This document shows positions 28,049 through 42,800 of a stretch of DNA of 64,000 nt, in pieces; the stretch's first letter is position 1, and the number at the start of each line of letters is the position of its first letter. The notes under the pieces were generated by a model that saw only the letters and a list, made by a program, of their open reading frames with translations, made no database searches and was not told where the DNA came from. A program made the position numbers and the translations under genes. Source of the DNA: Eledone cirrhosa (Eukaryota); the NCBI GenBank assembly GCA_964016885.1, contig OZ024741.1, positions 67,270,001-67,334,000 of the forward strand. The letters run 5' to 3'.

Positions 28049-28884
28049 TAAAAGCACTGGATATGTAGTCCTGATGATTTCTAACAAGAATGAAACGCGT
28101 AGATTACTTCCCTTGCTTTTATCGAGAATCTAATTGTAATACGTGACGTATTCTATTCTATAGCGATTAGGTCTTCAAAATGTTTATTATAAACATACAG
28201 AATATTTTCGAATATTCTATGTCTATATTCACATATATATCGCTATTTCAGAGCATTTATTCCAATTTCTAATTTCTGCCGGACCGGCAACCGCTCTTTC
28301 AAACCAGTTCCTGTACACAGCTAAGTATTCTATAAGTCTCTAGCTGTGTCATTCTCGATAAAAGCACTGGATATGTAGTCCTGATGATTTCTAACAAGAA
28401 TGAAACGCGTAGATTACTTCCCTTGCTTTTATCGAGAATCTAATTGTAATACGTGACGTATTCTATTCTATAGCGATTAGGTCTTCAAAATGTTTATTAT
28501 AAACATACAGAATATTTTCGAATATTCTATGTCTATATTCACATATATATCGCTATTTCAGAGCATTTATTCCAATTTCTAATTTCTGCCGGACCGGCAA
28601 CCGCTCTTTCAAACCAGTTCCTGTACACAGCTAAGTATTCTATAAGTCTCTAGCTGTGTCATTCTCGATAAAAGCACTGGATATGTAGTCCTGATGATTT
28701 CTAACAAGAATGAAACGCGTAGATTACTTCCCTTGCTTTTATCGAGAATCTAATTGTAATACGTGACGTATTCTATTCTATAGCGATTAGGTCTTCAAAA
28801 TGTTTATTATAAACATACAGAATATTTTCGAATATTCTATGTCTATATTCACATATATATCGCTATTTCAGAGCATTTATTCCA

Positions 28885-28885
<1 letters not shown>
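28049..28885 (+). repeat. Inverted continuation of the 310-bp array (about 2.7 units)
   Basis: Reverse complement of the unit; ends in (TA)n. Confidence 0.95.
28065..28107 (+). ncRNA. Minimal type I HHR of the 310-bp unit (also 28375-28417, 28685-28727 and 10 minus-strand copies)
   Basis: gtagtc-CTGATGA-t ttct aaca agaa t-GAAA-cgcg-TA-gattac; palindromic ACGCGT; enclosed by perfect 16-bp arms attctcgataaaagca/tgcttttatcgagaat. Confidence 0.85.
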
Positions 28886-28920
<35 letters not shown>

Positions 28921-28921
28921 G

Positions 28922-29345
<424 letters not shown>

Positions 29346-29375
29346 TGCAAAACAAATGCAAAAACGAAGTATATG

Positions 29376-29419
<44 letters not shown>

Positions 29420-29593
29420 TGTGTGTGTGTGTTTGTGTATATGTGTGTGTGCGTACACTCCGGATTGCGGATTTGTATATACAACATGCGAGTTCTGTAA
29501 ATGTATGACGTTGGTGGATTGCGGCTGGTATGTTAGTAATCTAAACGTATAACTTATACTCAATTAAATATATATATATATATATATATATAT

Positions 29594-29721
29594 ACGTTAT
29601 TCCGGGTTGAATCGGAGGTAACCACAGTAAGTAAGGTACTCAATACATTGCAGAGTATAAAAGTTTTAATATAGATGAGATTCTACCGGACTAGAACTGT
29701 TTCATTCTTTAGAAATCATCA
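29594..29721 (-). mobile_element. Truncated PLE-like 3' end, broken within an HHR core
   Basis: Minus strand reads (TA)n-TGATGA-tttctaaagaat-GAAA-cagttc-TA-gtcc; carries the gtactcaatac motif. Confidence 0.5.
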
Positions 29722-29746
29722 ATATATATATATAAATGCGTGTTTA

Positions 29747-29780
<34 letters not shown>

Positions 29781-30473
29781 TGCCTGCGTGTGTGTTTGCA
29801 TTTCTGTGTGTTTCACTTGATACATAAACATATTGCCAAACTCGCAAGAGCGTCATATTAAATATTTCACGATATTTCTCTCGTGTCAAAGCGTTCAAAT
29901 ACCGGCGAGGTTGACTACGCCATTCCTTCTCTCGAAGTCTATAAATTTAGTAACAATTCTGAATGGGAGATTGGCCGAATTGTTAAACACTTGGATGTGT
30001 GTTCTTTTCGTCCTTTGTGTTTTAGGTTACCTTGCGATATTACCTTGCGATATTGCTCCTGCGAAGCACTATCGTCAGTTACTTTTTCCTTGGAAAATAT
30101 GCACAGCTTGTAATGATCCATAAAATTATAATTTCTAAGGACTGTGCATGGGAGAGGAATTTTCCAGTTATATTCCTTTGACCTGAAATATCCCACGGAG
30201 GCACTAAATCTCTTTTTATAAATATATGGGAACACATGCTGTTGGATCCCCGTTGTTTCCAAAGATAAGTATTCCAGAAGTTCAAACAAAGAAACAGGCT
30301 GCTTGTGAAATTAACATGCAGGAGGCTGATAAATTCCTCAAACACGTGCATCGTTAAAGTAGTTTTCAAAGAAATTCTACGTGACACACTGTGGAATACA
30401 TTGTGTGGGAAACTGAACTACGCGTACAGCTAATTTGTGCCAGCTGAGCAATGTAAAATCAAAATGTCTAGGA

Positions 30474-30650
30474 TATAATTGTTTCTACTTTTGACACAAG
30501 GCCAGCAATTACCCCAGTGCATTACTGGTACTTTATTTTATCGACCCCATAAGGATGAAAGGCAAAGTTGACCTCGGCAGGATTTGAACTCAGACCGTAA
30601 AGGTCGTAACTCTATGCTGCAAAGCATAGTATCCGAGGCTCTACCGATTC
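30474..30650 (-). mobile_element. tRNA-derived SINE (same family as the 11864 cluster); a diverged copy lies at about 30965-31100
   Basis: Shared core and B box. Confidence 0.8.
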
Positions 30651-31689
30651 TATATAATGCATTACCTGGAATATAACTCACGACCTTACCAAGAGAACAA
30701 CCTAAATCCACTCACTTTCACATGGGAACACATATACATACACACAGAGACACATATGTATGTATATGTATGTATGTATTTATGTATCTATATATTTATC
30801 TATGGATGGATAGGCATGTAACTCCTGATGGTGTTATAAGGGCTCGTACTGACATGCGCCGTGTCATGGGCATAAAATCCTTGATGGAGAACATCCCTCT
30901 CTATTTCTGAACACAGTCGATTTCTTCGAGAATGAAGGATAGAGTGGCAATGAGAAAAAGGAAGTATCCACCCCAGAACTAGACTGTTAATTTTTCCATC
31001 GACCTCGAAAGCATTAAAGGACATTGACCTCGGGTGGATTTGAACTCAGAGTACAGAGATCCGTAACGAATGCCATAATGCCTTCTAGTCGTCGTTCTAA
31101 CAACTCTACCAGTTCGCCACAAAACGGTGAAAGTATTCTTATTTCACCTAGTCTGTGGAATAATATATATATATTTATTTTTGTATTTTTATTTTGCGTA
31201 ATCGTTCTGCAGAATCTCTATTCTCATTAAATTTCCAGATAATATATCTTCAGAATGGCATCTTTTTCTCTATTAAGTTTTACATGTCTTAGCTATCGTA
31301 TGCCACCTCAGGTTTTGACCCCTCCAGAACGAAGATTTTATAAATTTTCTGTGACATTACTACATATATATATTAAACAGAGCTTTCAGACTATCTGACG
31401 ACAGATTCTGGTTTAGATACCAATGCTACAATTTAACACGTTTTATGTCCTTCTGCTTTAAAATATATTAATAGTCATTCGTTTCTACAATGTCCGATCA
31501 CGCATTTCAGTTTCTACACATAGCGACATTTCTGTTTTTGTTTTGTTTCGTTTTCTTTTTTTACTGATTTTGTTTGCAGTTAAGTTGGCAATACGACATA
31601 CAGATGTGTATAGCATCCATTTCAATTGAATAGAGGTTTTAGAAATCAATCTGTATTCATTTAGGAATATTTGCGTCTTATACAATGGG

Positions 31690-32200
31690 AAAGATGATTT
31701 CCCCTTCTACCTTCCTATTTCGCCACTTTCTACTGTCACTCCTCTTTCTTCCTCTCCCTTTCTCCCTATCTACTCTTACCCCACTTTCTTCCTCTCCCTT
31801 TCTCCCTCTCACTTTTACCCCCTCGTCTGACCGTTTAGCAGTTCTCTTCTCACTCACAACTGCGGCGATCGGACGTGTGTCTTTTCTCTCGATTATTCGG
31901 TCTCGAACTTAAGTTCTATTATCGACTGGTCTTGGATTTCCTACCTATAGTTGCTCGCACATTGATCGTTTGTGTTTTTTCGCAGTTTTGCTACTGTTTC
32001 TCTTTTCTTCCCCTTTGCTTTCCTTCCCTCCTTCCTTCGTTTTCCCAATAACTTATCCAGTTATTGACGCCCTGGACCACCAGTAGACAACTGATGAGCA
32101 ACCCCCCCCCCACACACTGTTCTCGTTTTATTCGTATTCCCACTGCATTTTAAGTTACCTTAGATAGCAACTACACAGCCATTTCTCTTCTCCATATATT
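31690..32200 (+). repeat. Pyrimidine-rich dispersed repeat related to 41871-42570 and 51990-52470
   Basis: Shared motifs cgtctgacc(c)gttt, ccaataactt..agttatt and a downstream CTGATGA. Confidence 0.45.
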
Positions 32201-32567
32201 CTATTATATATATATAGTCTCCTACCTGTTTATATTTATCGTTGTTGTAGTTATAAACTACGGTTACATGCACCTTGTCTTTTTCCTGGTGCCACACTTT
32301 CTTAACTCTGTGTTTATTCTGGACAAAATTGTGTTTCTTTTTCGCACTATGGAGTGCTTTCTGTCCGCCTCAAACACTTCGATTGGTATCTGTTCTACTG
32401 CTGTTAAAGCTTCAATTTATACCTAATATATATAGTATATATAGATAGAGAGAGAAATATGCGTACACATATTCACACACACACACATTTACTCACGGGT
32501 AACGTGCACACACGTACACACATGTATACACACACACACACGCGCGCGTATGTGTGTGTGTGTATTA

Positions 32568-32780
32568 CAGCAAGATTCTTGATCTGAAATCGTGTGTTAA
32601 AACCGATATTGTTATATATGGGATGGTCATGTTGCCAATATTGCTAATAGAAAGAAACACACGCGCCATTTAATTTTTGCTTTATTTTTATTGTTCGATA
32701 TTAATATGGTTATCATAGTTCTTTCGTCAAACATTCTGTGACCTCCTCAATTATTATCTATTGTGTGCCTAGGACAATGT
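32568..32780 (-). mobile_element. Diverged Penelope family A pLTR
   Basis: ctttcgtcaaacattctgtgacctcctca and ggtcatgttgccaata match family A. Confidence 0.6.
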
Positions 32781-33205
32781 AAACAGTCATCTTCGATTTC
32801 CATCCAGAACTAATTTCACCTTCCTATATATCTTTTGGATAATAGACACAGGATTGGATACCAGTTTACTGATGAGACTGGTCGCGATGATTAGGCCATC
32901 AGATCATCACACCGTACCGCATTCTCATGTTCTAATCAGAAAAAAAAGTGTAGTCCTCCTTACTTGATACTGATTAATTAATTGTATCTGGATGTCAAAA
33001 CTAGCTATATGCTTTTACTATCAGCCTTCCTTTAACCTAAAATTTAACGCACTCACATGACGGCGAGATATGTGCACTTATATTTATTGCAGGCACCCCT
33101 GTCTACATTTCTCTGACTCACAGAATCTTTTCCTATTTTTATGCACTATAGTTTATAGTGTTCTACTGAGAATCATTATAGTCATATACATTGAAACGTT
33201 TACAT

Positions 33206-33260
<55 letters not shown>

Positions 33261-33334
33261 TTATATATATATATATAGAGAGAGAGATAGAGAGCGAGAT
33301 AGAGAGCGAGAAAAAGAGAGATATCAGTTTTCAG

Positions 33335-35141
33335 CTAGTAAGACCATTATTACCTCAATGGCCAAGAAAACCCAGACAGAAAGATGGAACGGGTGGACCA
33401 GAGCCATTCGGACCCCCAAAAACCATAATGAACTAAAGAAAATGATTGCACATGCGGTGGGGGCCAGTATAAAACTAACTCTTAAGGAACATATGTTCAA
33501 ATTTAATGGAAAAACATATGCGAAAGAGGAGGGAGCAGCCATTGGTGTTAGCATTGCAGGTGACATAGCTAACCTATTCATGGTATGGTGGGACAATAAA
33601 CTTAAAGAACAATTAGAAGACAGCAACCTCTTAATCCTGATAATATACTCTCGCTACGTTGATGATATAAACATCGTAGTAAAAATACCCCACTAGAGAA
33701 CAGTCAGAAATTAGAGAAAAACACCATGGAAAGCATCCAGCAAATAGCTAACTCCATCCACCAGAGTATTAGAGTTACTATAGACTACCAAAGCAAACCC
33801 CCCAACCATCGATTACTTGTACTAGACACAGAGCTCTGGTTAGAAACCATTAATAACAAAAAACAAATCCTCCATTCCCATTATGCCAAACTCATGACTT
33901 CCAAATATCTGATCCACCGAAACTCAGCTGTTTCGGATCACACCAAAATCAACTGATTGCGGATTTAATACGGGTGATGGGAAACGTCTCCCGCATGTGC
34001 AACCACAAAGAACTAGAGAAACACATACAACACTTCATCCACCGTATGCAGTTCTCTGGTTACAATCAGAGAGATAAAATCAGAGTATATAGAGGAGCCA
34101 GAACCAAATGGGAAAAAATGGTAAATAATGATACAAATGGGACCTGTCCCTTTTATAGTAGCAAATTTTGGAATAGAATAGAAAGAACTAGGAATAAGGT
34201 TAATAGAATGAACTCATGGTATGATAGCAATAAATACCAGAGTGTAATGTTCATCATTACAACCCCTAGAGGTGAATTAGCTTACAAATTTAGAAGGGCC
34301 CTAGACAAACTTAAACTAAATACTAAGATAGTAGAAAGACGGGATACCTCCATAAAAACACTTATTAGTAATACATACCCTTTTCAAAGACCTCCCTGTA
34401 TAGATAAGAAATGCATAATCTGTAAACTAAGCCTCCATATTAACTGTAAAACTAGAAACATAATATATAGCATAAGATGTACTGAAGGGAAATGTAAAGA
34501 TAAGAATATAGTATACATAGGTGAGACAGCTCGTAGTATAGGAGAACGATTAAATGAACACTGGCGAGAGCTTCAAGAGGGAAAAGAGTCATCAGTATCC
34601 ACCAACATGCTAAAATAGAACATAAGGGCAAATTAGAGAACATAGAAATAAAAATAAAATCTACACACAGAAAAGAGACGTAATGTTTAGACAAATCACA
34701 GAGGCAATAAAGATAAATGAACTCCCACGAAAATTAAATAGAAAACATGAATGGAACAACAACATCACAACTTACAATTAAGGACAAAATGAAAACACAC
34801 ACACATATAGAACAAACAACCAACCAGTAACATGTAAATAAACAAATAAATAAACAAATAAAAACACACACACACACCCGGATGTAACACATGCGCAAAC
34901 TAAGCACACAAAACACACAAAAACAAGATGGCCTAGGACAGAACAAAGGAGAGGCACAAAACAAAGAAAAGAATCCCCAGTCACTGAAGAGGTCACAGAA
35001 TGTGTGACGAAAGAATTTTGACAATATATGAACAACCATCCGGTTTTGGAACCAACCAACCAATCGGAAATGTATAATAAATTGGAGTGAAAGCAACTGG
35101 TGCGTGTGTTTCTTATTGGCAACATGACCCTCCCAAAGTAT

Positions 35142-35147
<6 letters not shown>
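33335..35147 (+). mobile_element. 5'-truncated Penelope-like element: RT, thumb, Cys-rich linker, GIY-YIG endonuclease (frameshifted) and 3' pLTR
   Basis: GAAIGVSIAGDIANLFM; YSRYVDDI; LLVLDTEL; CIDKKCIIC..C; NIIYSIRC..VYIGETARSIGERLNEH; RQITEAIKI..LNRKHEWN; ends at (TA)n. Confidence 0.9.
34980..35022 (+). ncRNA. Minimal HHR in the Penelope pLTR
   Basis: gtca-CTGAAGA-g gtcaca gaatg tgtgac-GAAA-gaat-TT-tgac. Confidence 0.7.
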
Positions 35148-35180
<33 letters not shown>

Positions 35181-35337
35181 GAAACACACAGATACATGCG
35201 GACACACACATATACATGAATGCATCCACACCCAACCGTGAGTTAATGGTGCCAACCTTACCGATGTTGCTCAATGAATGACTGGGACAGACCAATCCGG
35301 TTGAATTAGACTGAACCAGTATCAGAGTTAAAAATAC

Positions 35338-35940
35338 ATTATGAAGACAGAAGAAACATTTAGATATAATTAGTAATAAAATGTATCATACCTAAACCGC
35401 TCCTAGATTCCTCGACTACGTAGTTTCGTGGCATAAACAAAAACAATACATCATAAAGATATAGAGTCCTTGCGAGGTCTGCCGACTTATCAAGAGGATA
35501 CCTCATTTTACTAGCTTCATAACTCCCTCTGGTCGAGTAATCTTTGAAGTGTGGTGACTGCTGGAAAGCTGCCATTACTCATACTTCTCTCCCCCTTCAC
35601 CACCTCTTCTACGGCTTCGATATAAATACCCCCTCCGCCTCCGTGGTATTTTCTTCGGGGTTATAAGAGGCTTAGCTCTGTTTCTCGACCGTTATATCGC
35701 GTGACTATCTCCCCATCCGCCTTTTGGGATTCTTTCTCACGTCGTGTAGACGCGTTCTTGAAGCTAGTAAAATGAGGTATCCTCTTGATAAGTCGGCAGA
35801 CCTCGCAAGGACTCTATATCTTTATGATGTATTGTTTTTGTTTATGCCACGAAACTACGTAGTCGAGGAATCTAGGAGCGGTTTAGGTATGATACATTTT
35901 ATTACTAATTATATCTAAATGTTTCTTCTCTCTTCATAAT
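35338..35940. mobile_element. Fold-back HHR element (family D)
   Basis: About 180-bp near-perfect inverted arms 35338-35520 / 35759-35940. Confidence 0.85.
35780..35869 (+). ncRNA. Type I HHR with U3-A8 core (inverted copy 35409-35498, minus strand)
   Basis: tcctc-TTGATAA-gt(c)ggca..tgccac-GAAA-ctacgtag-TC-gagga; 10-nt palindrome ACTACGTAGT. Confidence 0.8.
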
Positions 35941-35989
35941 ATATATATATATATAGATATATAGATAAATAGATAGATAAATAGATAGC

Positions 35990-36054
<65 letters not shown>

Positions 36055-36999
36055 AGATCAATTTTAAAGTGTGTATCAGCTGCACGAAATATCAGTAGAG
36101 TGTATTTAAGACCAATCATATTAATATAGCAAAAGGAAAAGTATCAGGAATATTGAACTGTCACCGTTTGAAGGTTAATGCACGAAAGAGAAAAAAAAGA
36201 ACATTGTATGTAAGTGCTTAGTTGTCTATAAATAACAACTGAACCAGCTATAATGGACTCACTGTGGTCTCATTAAAATGTCTTCGTAGGCATAACATCA
36301 AATTTTGTCACGAGACCTGGAAACAAAATGTCAGTGTGACGTTATTGCTCATCACTTCTTATTTCTTTCTTTATGCTCTTTAAATGAACTTTGCTTAACT
36401 TGACAAGTGCACACAAAACACCCACGACAAATTACATATGATAGTTCGCATGGATGTGGCTTTGAAAATATCGTTTCCATGGAAGTGCGTTTGAGAATAT
36501 GCTTCCAATTATATATTAAAATGATAAGCAGCGAATGATCCTTTATGCCGTTGGTCGAAAGAGCTACAGTTAGGAAAAAGAATCTCCGTCTATATACACA
36601 ACGCCGTTTTTAAAGAAATAAACGACATACACAATATATCGATTGTTCACTTGGCTTTTAATCCTTTCGTATTTCGACAAAAGAGAAAGTACACGTCTAT
36701 TAGCTATGCACCTTGTATATTCCGCTGGATCAAAGGACGGAGGGCTCTGGTGGAGCCTGTTTCAGAAGCATGGTACAAACTACAGTATTCCATTGCAAGT
36801 AAGAACAGTAATTTAAAATTACACACACACACATATATATATGTGTGTATGTGTGTTGTGTGTGTATATGTATACATGTGTGTGGGTGGGTGGGGGGAAA
36901 AACATTTAGGTCATTATTGGCTCGGTTTTTACAAATGTAATTTTTAGGAGTTTGAAATCCGACGGTCTTGTTTCCGTATATAATTATATAAATGTATTG

Positions 37000-37111
<112 letters not shown>

Positions 37112-37337
37112 CAAAGGTATATATTGTAAGAGACTATTTTGAGTTCCTAACTCAATATATACCTTTGATATATTCGGCTCCGTTAATTTGTTGAACTATT
37201 TCAAATGTCGAATAAACCTGGCTGCTATTTTTAGTGGTGTAAGTTTGTGAGACACGCTAAGATACCATGTGCGTTATTATATATAGCACACTATTCAGTG
37301 ACTTAATATAGTTAGAAGTGTCTAGGATACTAATTTG

Positions 37338-37417
37338 TCACCCACTGATGAGCAAGAATTGGTATATCAATTCACAATTAATTAGTATTGCGAGACAGCA
37401 CCAAGCTGTCTGTGTGA
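37338..37417 (+). ncRNA. Type I HHR with GAAA changed to GAGA (probably inactive)
   Basis: tcaccca-CTGATGA-gcaa..ttgc-GAGA-cagc accaa gctg-TC-tgtgtga. Confidence 0.6.
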
Positions 37418-37588
37418 TTGGTAGTTACCACAATTCCGGTTTGTATTTTTTTGATTTTTTCTCAAATTGAGATAGGCAAACCCTATTGCCTATAGTTAAT
37501 ATTCTTTTCACCTTAGCCAATCTGGTCCCTTGCGATTTGAACACATATATGTATATTTCTGTGTCATTTTTCTTTTTTTTTTATATTC

Positions 37589-37620
<32 letters not shown>

Positions 37621-37624
<4 letters not shown>

Positions 37625-37815
37625 AAAAGTATGACCCCGACGGCAGAGCTCAAGCCGTTTCGACGGCTATTTCTGTTTGTCCAGAAACAGCCGTCGAAAC
37701 GGCTTGAGCTCTGCCGTCGAGTTCATACTTTTCCCTATTTCCCACTCTACTACCCTAAGTATTGAGTACTCTGGTGCGTTATGGTCCATCTGGTTCCTTA
37801 CCACAATACCTTTAT
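37621..37815. mobile_element. Short hairpin copy of family B
   Basis: Inverted arms around about 37680 plus the shared tail; (TA)n flanks. Confidence 0.75.
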
Positions 37816-37846
<31 letters not shown>

Positions 37847-38662
37847 GTCATGCTACGATATCGAAAATCCCTTAACATGTTAGGACTATGTGACTGGCTT
37901 ATATTTTTAGCGACATTATAAGCCTATTACATAGTCCTAATATGTTAGGGTTTTTTTTTTACAATGTAAAACATGTGTGTTTACTCCACCATGCTGCTTC
38001 GGCAAATGAAACTGTTTTCTTGGACAATTTCTCCTAGGTTTTGAAGAATTAAACTCCCCTGAAGAGTATGACAGTTTCATCAATTATTGGTGGTTCCAAC
38101 AAGAATTTTTCACCATATGAAACCATGGTAGGCAGACTTATATATATAAGCGAGTTTAGATAGAATATTTTCTTTGTCTATCTTGTTTATACTCCCATAT
38201 AGAGAGTTTTTCCTCACTTGACAAATATATCTTAATATATATAATAATGCTTCTCTGAGAGATTTCTCTCATTGAGATGTTTAAGTATTAGTGACTAATT
38301 AATCTTTAATTTACATATATATGTAAGTGTGTGTGTGTGTGTGTGTGTGTTTGTTTGTGTGTTTCAGTGTGTGTGAGGGGTTGTGTGTGTGTGTAAGTGT
38401 GTGTGTAAAGGTAAAAAATATATATAACTCAAATTTATTTGGAGAATTATATATATGGATCTGTATTTGTTAATAAGTTATTTTTACACTGTAAACCTAC
38501 AGAAGGATGTCAATACTTACGTGTATATAAGTATTTCTGCATGAATATTGGGGTAAAAATGAACGAATATACATGCATGTATGTGGGCACATATGTATCT
38601 ATTTATATGTATGGATTTATTTGAAACTATATGTGTATTCGATATGTATATATGTATGTGTA

Positions 38663-38731
<69 letters not shown>

Positions 38732-38736
<5 letters not shown>

Positions 38737-39455
38737 TATGTATACGTACATACTTATATGTATACAGACATACAGTAGTATGTATATAGATACATGCATG
38801 CACACATATATATATATATGTACGTATGGGTTTACCGAACATTTATTATAATGTTCGGTTTGTTTGTAAACAAACAGTCCGAATTACGCCGTACAGTGTT
38901 CGGCAACCATCGTTGCCCTTTTGTTCAACACTGACAAAGGAACGATGAACTAGTTTCAAGCTTATTAGCTATCGTCAGCATAGTATACCTTCCTGTCAGA
39001 TGATTGAACGTTTGAAAATATATACTTTTCTTATGCATATTAACGGCTGAGCAGCCTAATTTGCATATCGTGTGAGTTAGTCGGCCGGGCGTGCCGAAAA
39101 CAATAAATGGAAAAGAATGAAACGAAATTTCATTTCTCGCTCTTAGTACGACTGTTACTTAAATATAAGTATGTATACGTACATACATATATGTATACAG
39201 ACGTACAGTAGTATGTATATATATACATACATGCATACATATATATATGTACGTATGGGTTTACAAACAAACCGAACATTATAATAAATGTTCGGTAAAC
39301 CCATACGTACATATATATATATGTGTGCATGTATGTATATATATACATACTACTGTACGTCTGTATACATATATGTATGTACGTATACATACTTATATTT
39401 AGGTAACAGCCGTACTAAGAGTGAGAAATGAAATTTCGTTTCATTCTTTTCCATA
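38732..39455. mobile_element. Partial-tandem plus inverted element containing an HHR
   Basis: 38732-38835 repeated at 39166-39262; 39105-39262 inverted at 39297-39455. Confidence 0.7.
38942..38984 (-). ncRNA. Minimal type I HHR, intact core
   Basis: actatg-CTGACGA-t agct aata agct t-GAAA-ctag-TT-catcgt; palindrome ACTAGT. Confidence 0.75.
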
Positions 39456-39461
39456 TATATA

Positions 39462-40821
<1,360 letters not shown>

Positions 40822-41494
40822 TACAAGGACGATATGTTAAGCCTTCATTACGTTTATTGATTGGTGACGCGCGTTTCTCTACTGATCAGCACAAAGTTCG
40901 ATCTGTATCGATTTGGCCTGACTCTGGAATCAAAAGCTCGCCGGAACTCTGCTGTAGTAACAACTGAATGAACATATAAATCATAGAAATGTTTGTAACG
41001 TTTCGCGTTCATAATGTGTTCAGTTTATGTTGTTTTGATTGGTGGTTGAGCTATGAGGAATGTTTTGGCATGTATGATAGGTGGGGGTGAGTTTCCGGGG
41101 CGTGGTTTTTGGTCTTATTATAGATATTTCGGCGAGTACGTGGTGAGGCACGCTACAGGCGTGAAGCTAAACATCGAGGGCTCACCGTGTGAACCTACAG
41201 TAAAATCACGTTACACTCCCTGGACATATATATATATATGTGTACTACAAAAACTCTGTAATTGTGTGCTTGTCTGTTATCTAATTCAGCCAAAACGGCG
41301 CACAATGGGAAAAAATAGTTTCAGAGGAAGTTGCCCATGAAATGGTAATAGAAGCTTTGCCTAGATAGGAGTAGGGATTCCTGAAAACCTGGCTTTTTTC
41401 GGGTACCTTCATAAATATAGTGATATAAATATAGAGAAGGAGATAGTGAATGTTAGAGAGTAGATTGGAAGAGAGACATAGAGAGAAAATATGT

Positions 41495-41584
<90 letters not shown>

Positions 41585-41870
41585 TATATATATGGGCCTT
41601 TCAATTTGGTGTTCTAGTATATATATATAGATGCAGATCTAAGTGATTTATATGTGATTATTTAGTTGTATATGTGTGTATATATATATGCATTTATGTG
41701 TGTATGTGCTGATCGTTGTATGAACGCATATGTACAGGTTTACTTGTTACAGAATTTCTCTATTAAAAGTACTTATGTTGAAAGACTAATATTAGTTGAT
41801 ATAATATTCTGTTACACATCTTTTTTATACACATATATATATATGCGTGTATATATATATATATACAAAT

Positions 41871-42567
41871 ATACTCTTTGTTGTTCTCCTGTCTCACTCG
41901 CTTTACGCGTTTCAATTGTCCTAATAACTTATTTTGGTTATTATTGCACCGACGTGAGGTATATGATTTTTAATGTAATGAAATATCTATGATCGTCGGC
42001 AAATCACTGATGAGGGACTCATTTTATTACATGTTATCCATGTGCTACCTGCAGTATTTTTCTCTATATTTTATTACATATATTTACCACTGCGATTCTG
42101 TGTTTTTTTTCTCTCTCTCTCTTACTGCTCCCCCATTCTCTCTGTTTCTCCCCCTCTGTCATGTCAGTTAACTCTTCCTCACACTTTCACTCACTCACTG
42201 TTTCTCTTCTCTTCATTCCATCCTGTACACCACGAAGGCTATTTTTCTCTCTTCTCACATGGCCATCGTTCGTGTCAGGTCTGTTTTCTAAAAGCGCTCA
42301 TATATTCACCTAGCTTATGCTAAACAGAATAATTTTGAAGCTTGTTTCTTTCCCCTACGGTTAGCTATACTCTTTGTTGTTCTCCTGTCTCACTCGCTTT
42401 ACGCGTTTCAATTGTCCTAATAACATATTTTGGTTATTATTGCACCGACGTGAGGTATATGATTTTTAATGCAATGAAATATCTATGATCGTCGGCAAAT
42501 CACTGATGAGGGACTCATTTTATTACATGTTATCCATGTGCTACCTGCAGTATTTTTCTCTATATTT

Positions 42568-42572
<5 letters not shown>
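41871..42572 (+). repeat. 496-bp unit in about 1.4 tandem copies between (TA)n tracts
   Basis: atactctttgttgttctcc at 41871 and 42367; CTGATGA at 42007 and 42503. Confidence 0.85.
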
Positions 42573-42598
<26 letters not shown>

Positions 42599-42600
42599 AA

Positions 42601-42800
42601 GGCGCGTGGCCGAGTTGTTAGAGAACTGGATTCGCAATCGTGAGGTTGTGAGTTCGATTCCTGAACCGGGCGATGCGGTGTGTTCTTGGGCAAGACACTT
42701 TATTTCACGTTGCTCCTTCTACCTGGAGTTGCGACCGATAGATAGTATTAGCAATTGGAAAGACCAATGGAAACATTGTTTCCTCGGTCCGATTTGACGA
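42601..42800 (+). mobile_element. tRNA-derived SINE
   Basis: A box TGGCCGAGTTG and B box GTTCGATTCC; body shared with 4812. Confidence 0.7.

Noticed and set aside
24777-28885. CRISPR array or rDNA/5S repeat
   Set aside because: Identical units without spacers, no rRNA similarity recognised, eukaryotic context
33954-33956. TGA as selenocysteine in the Penelope ORF
   Set aside because: The protein continues in another frame (LIADLIRVM), so this is a frameshift and not read-through
35360-35918. Duplicated ORF EASKMRYPLDK.. on both strands
   Set aside because: By-product of the inverted arms of the HHR element
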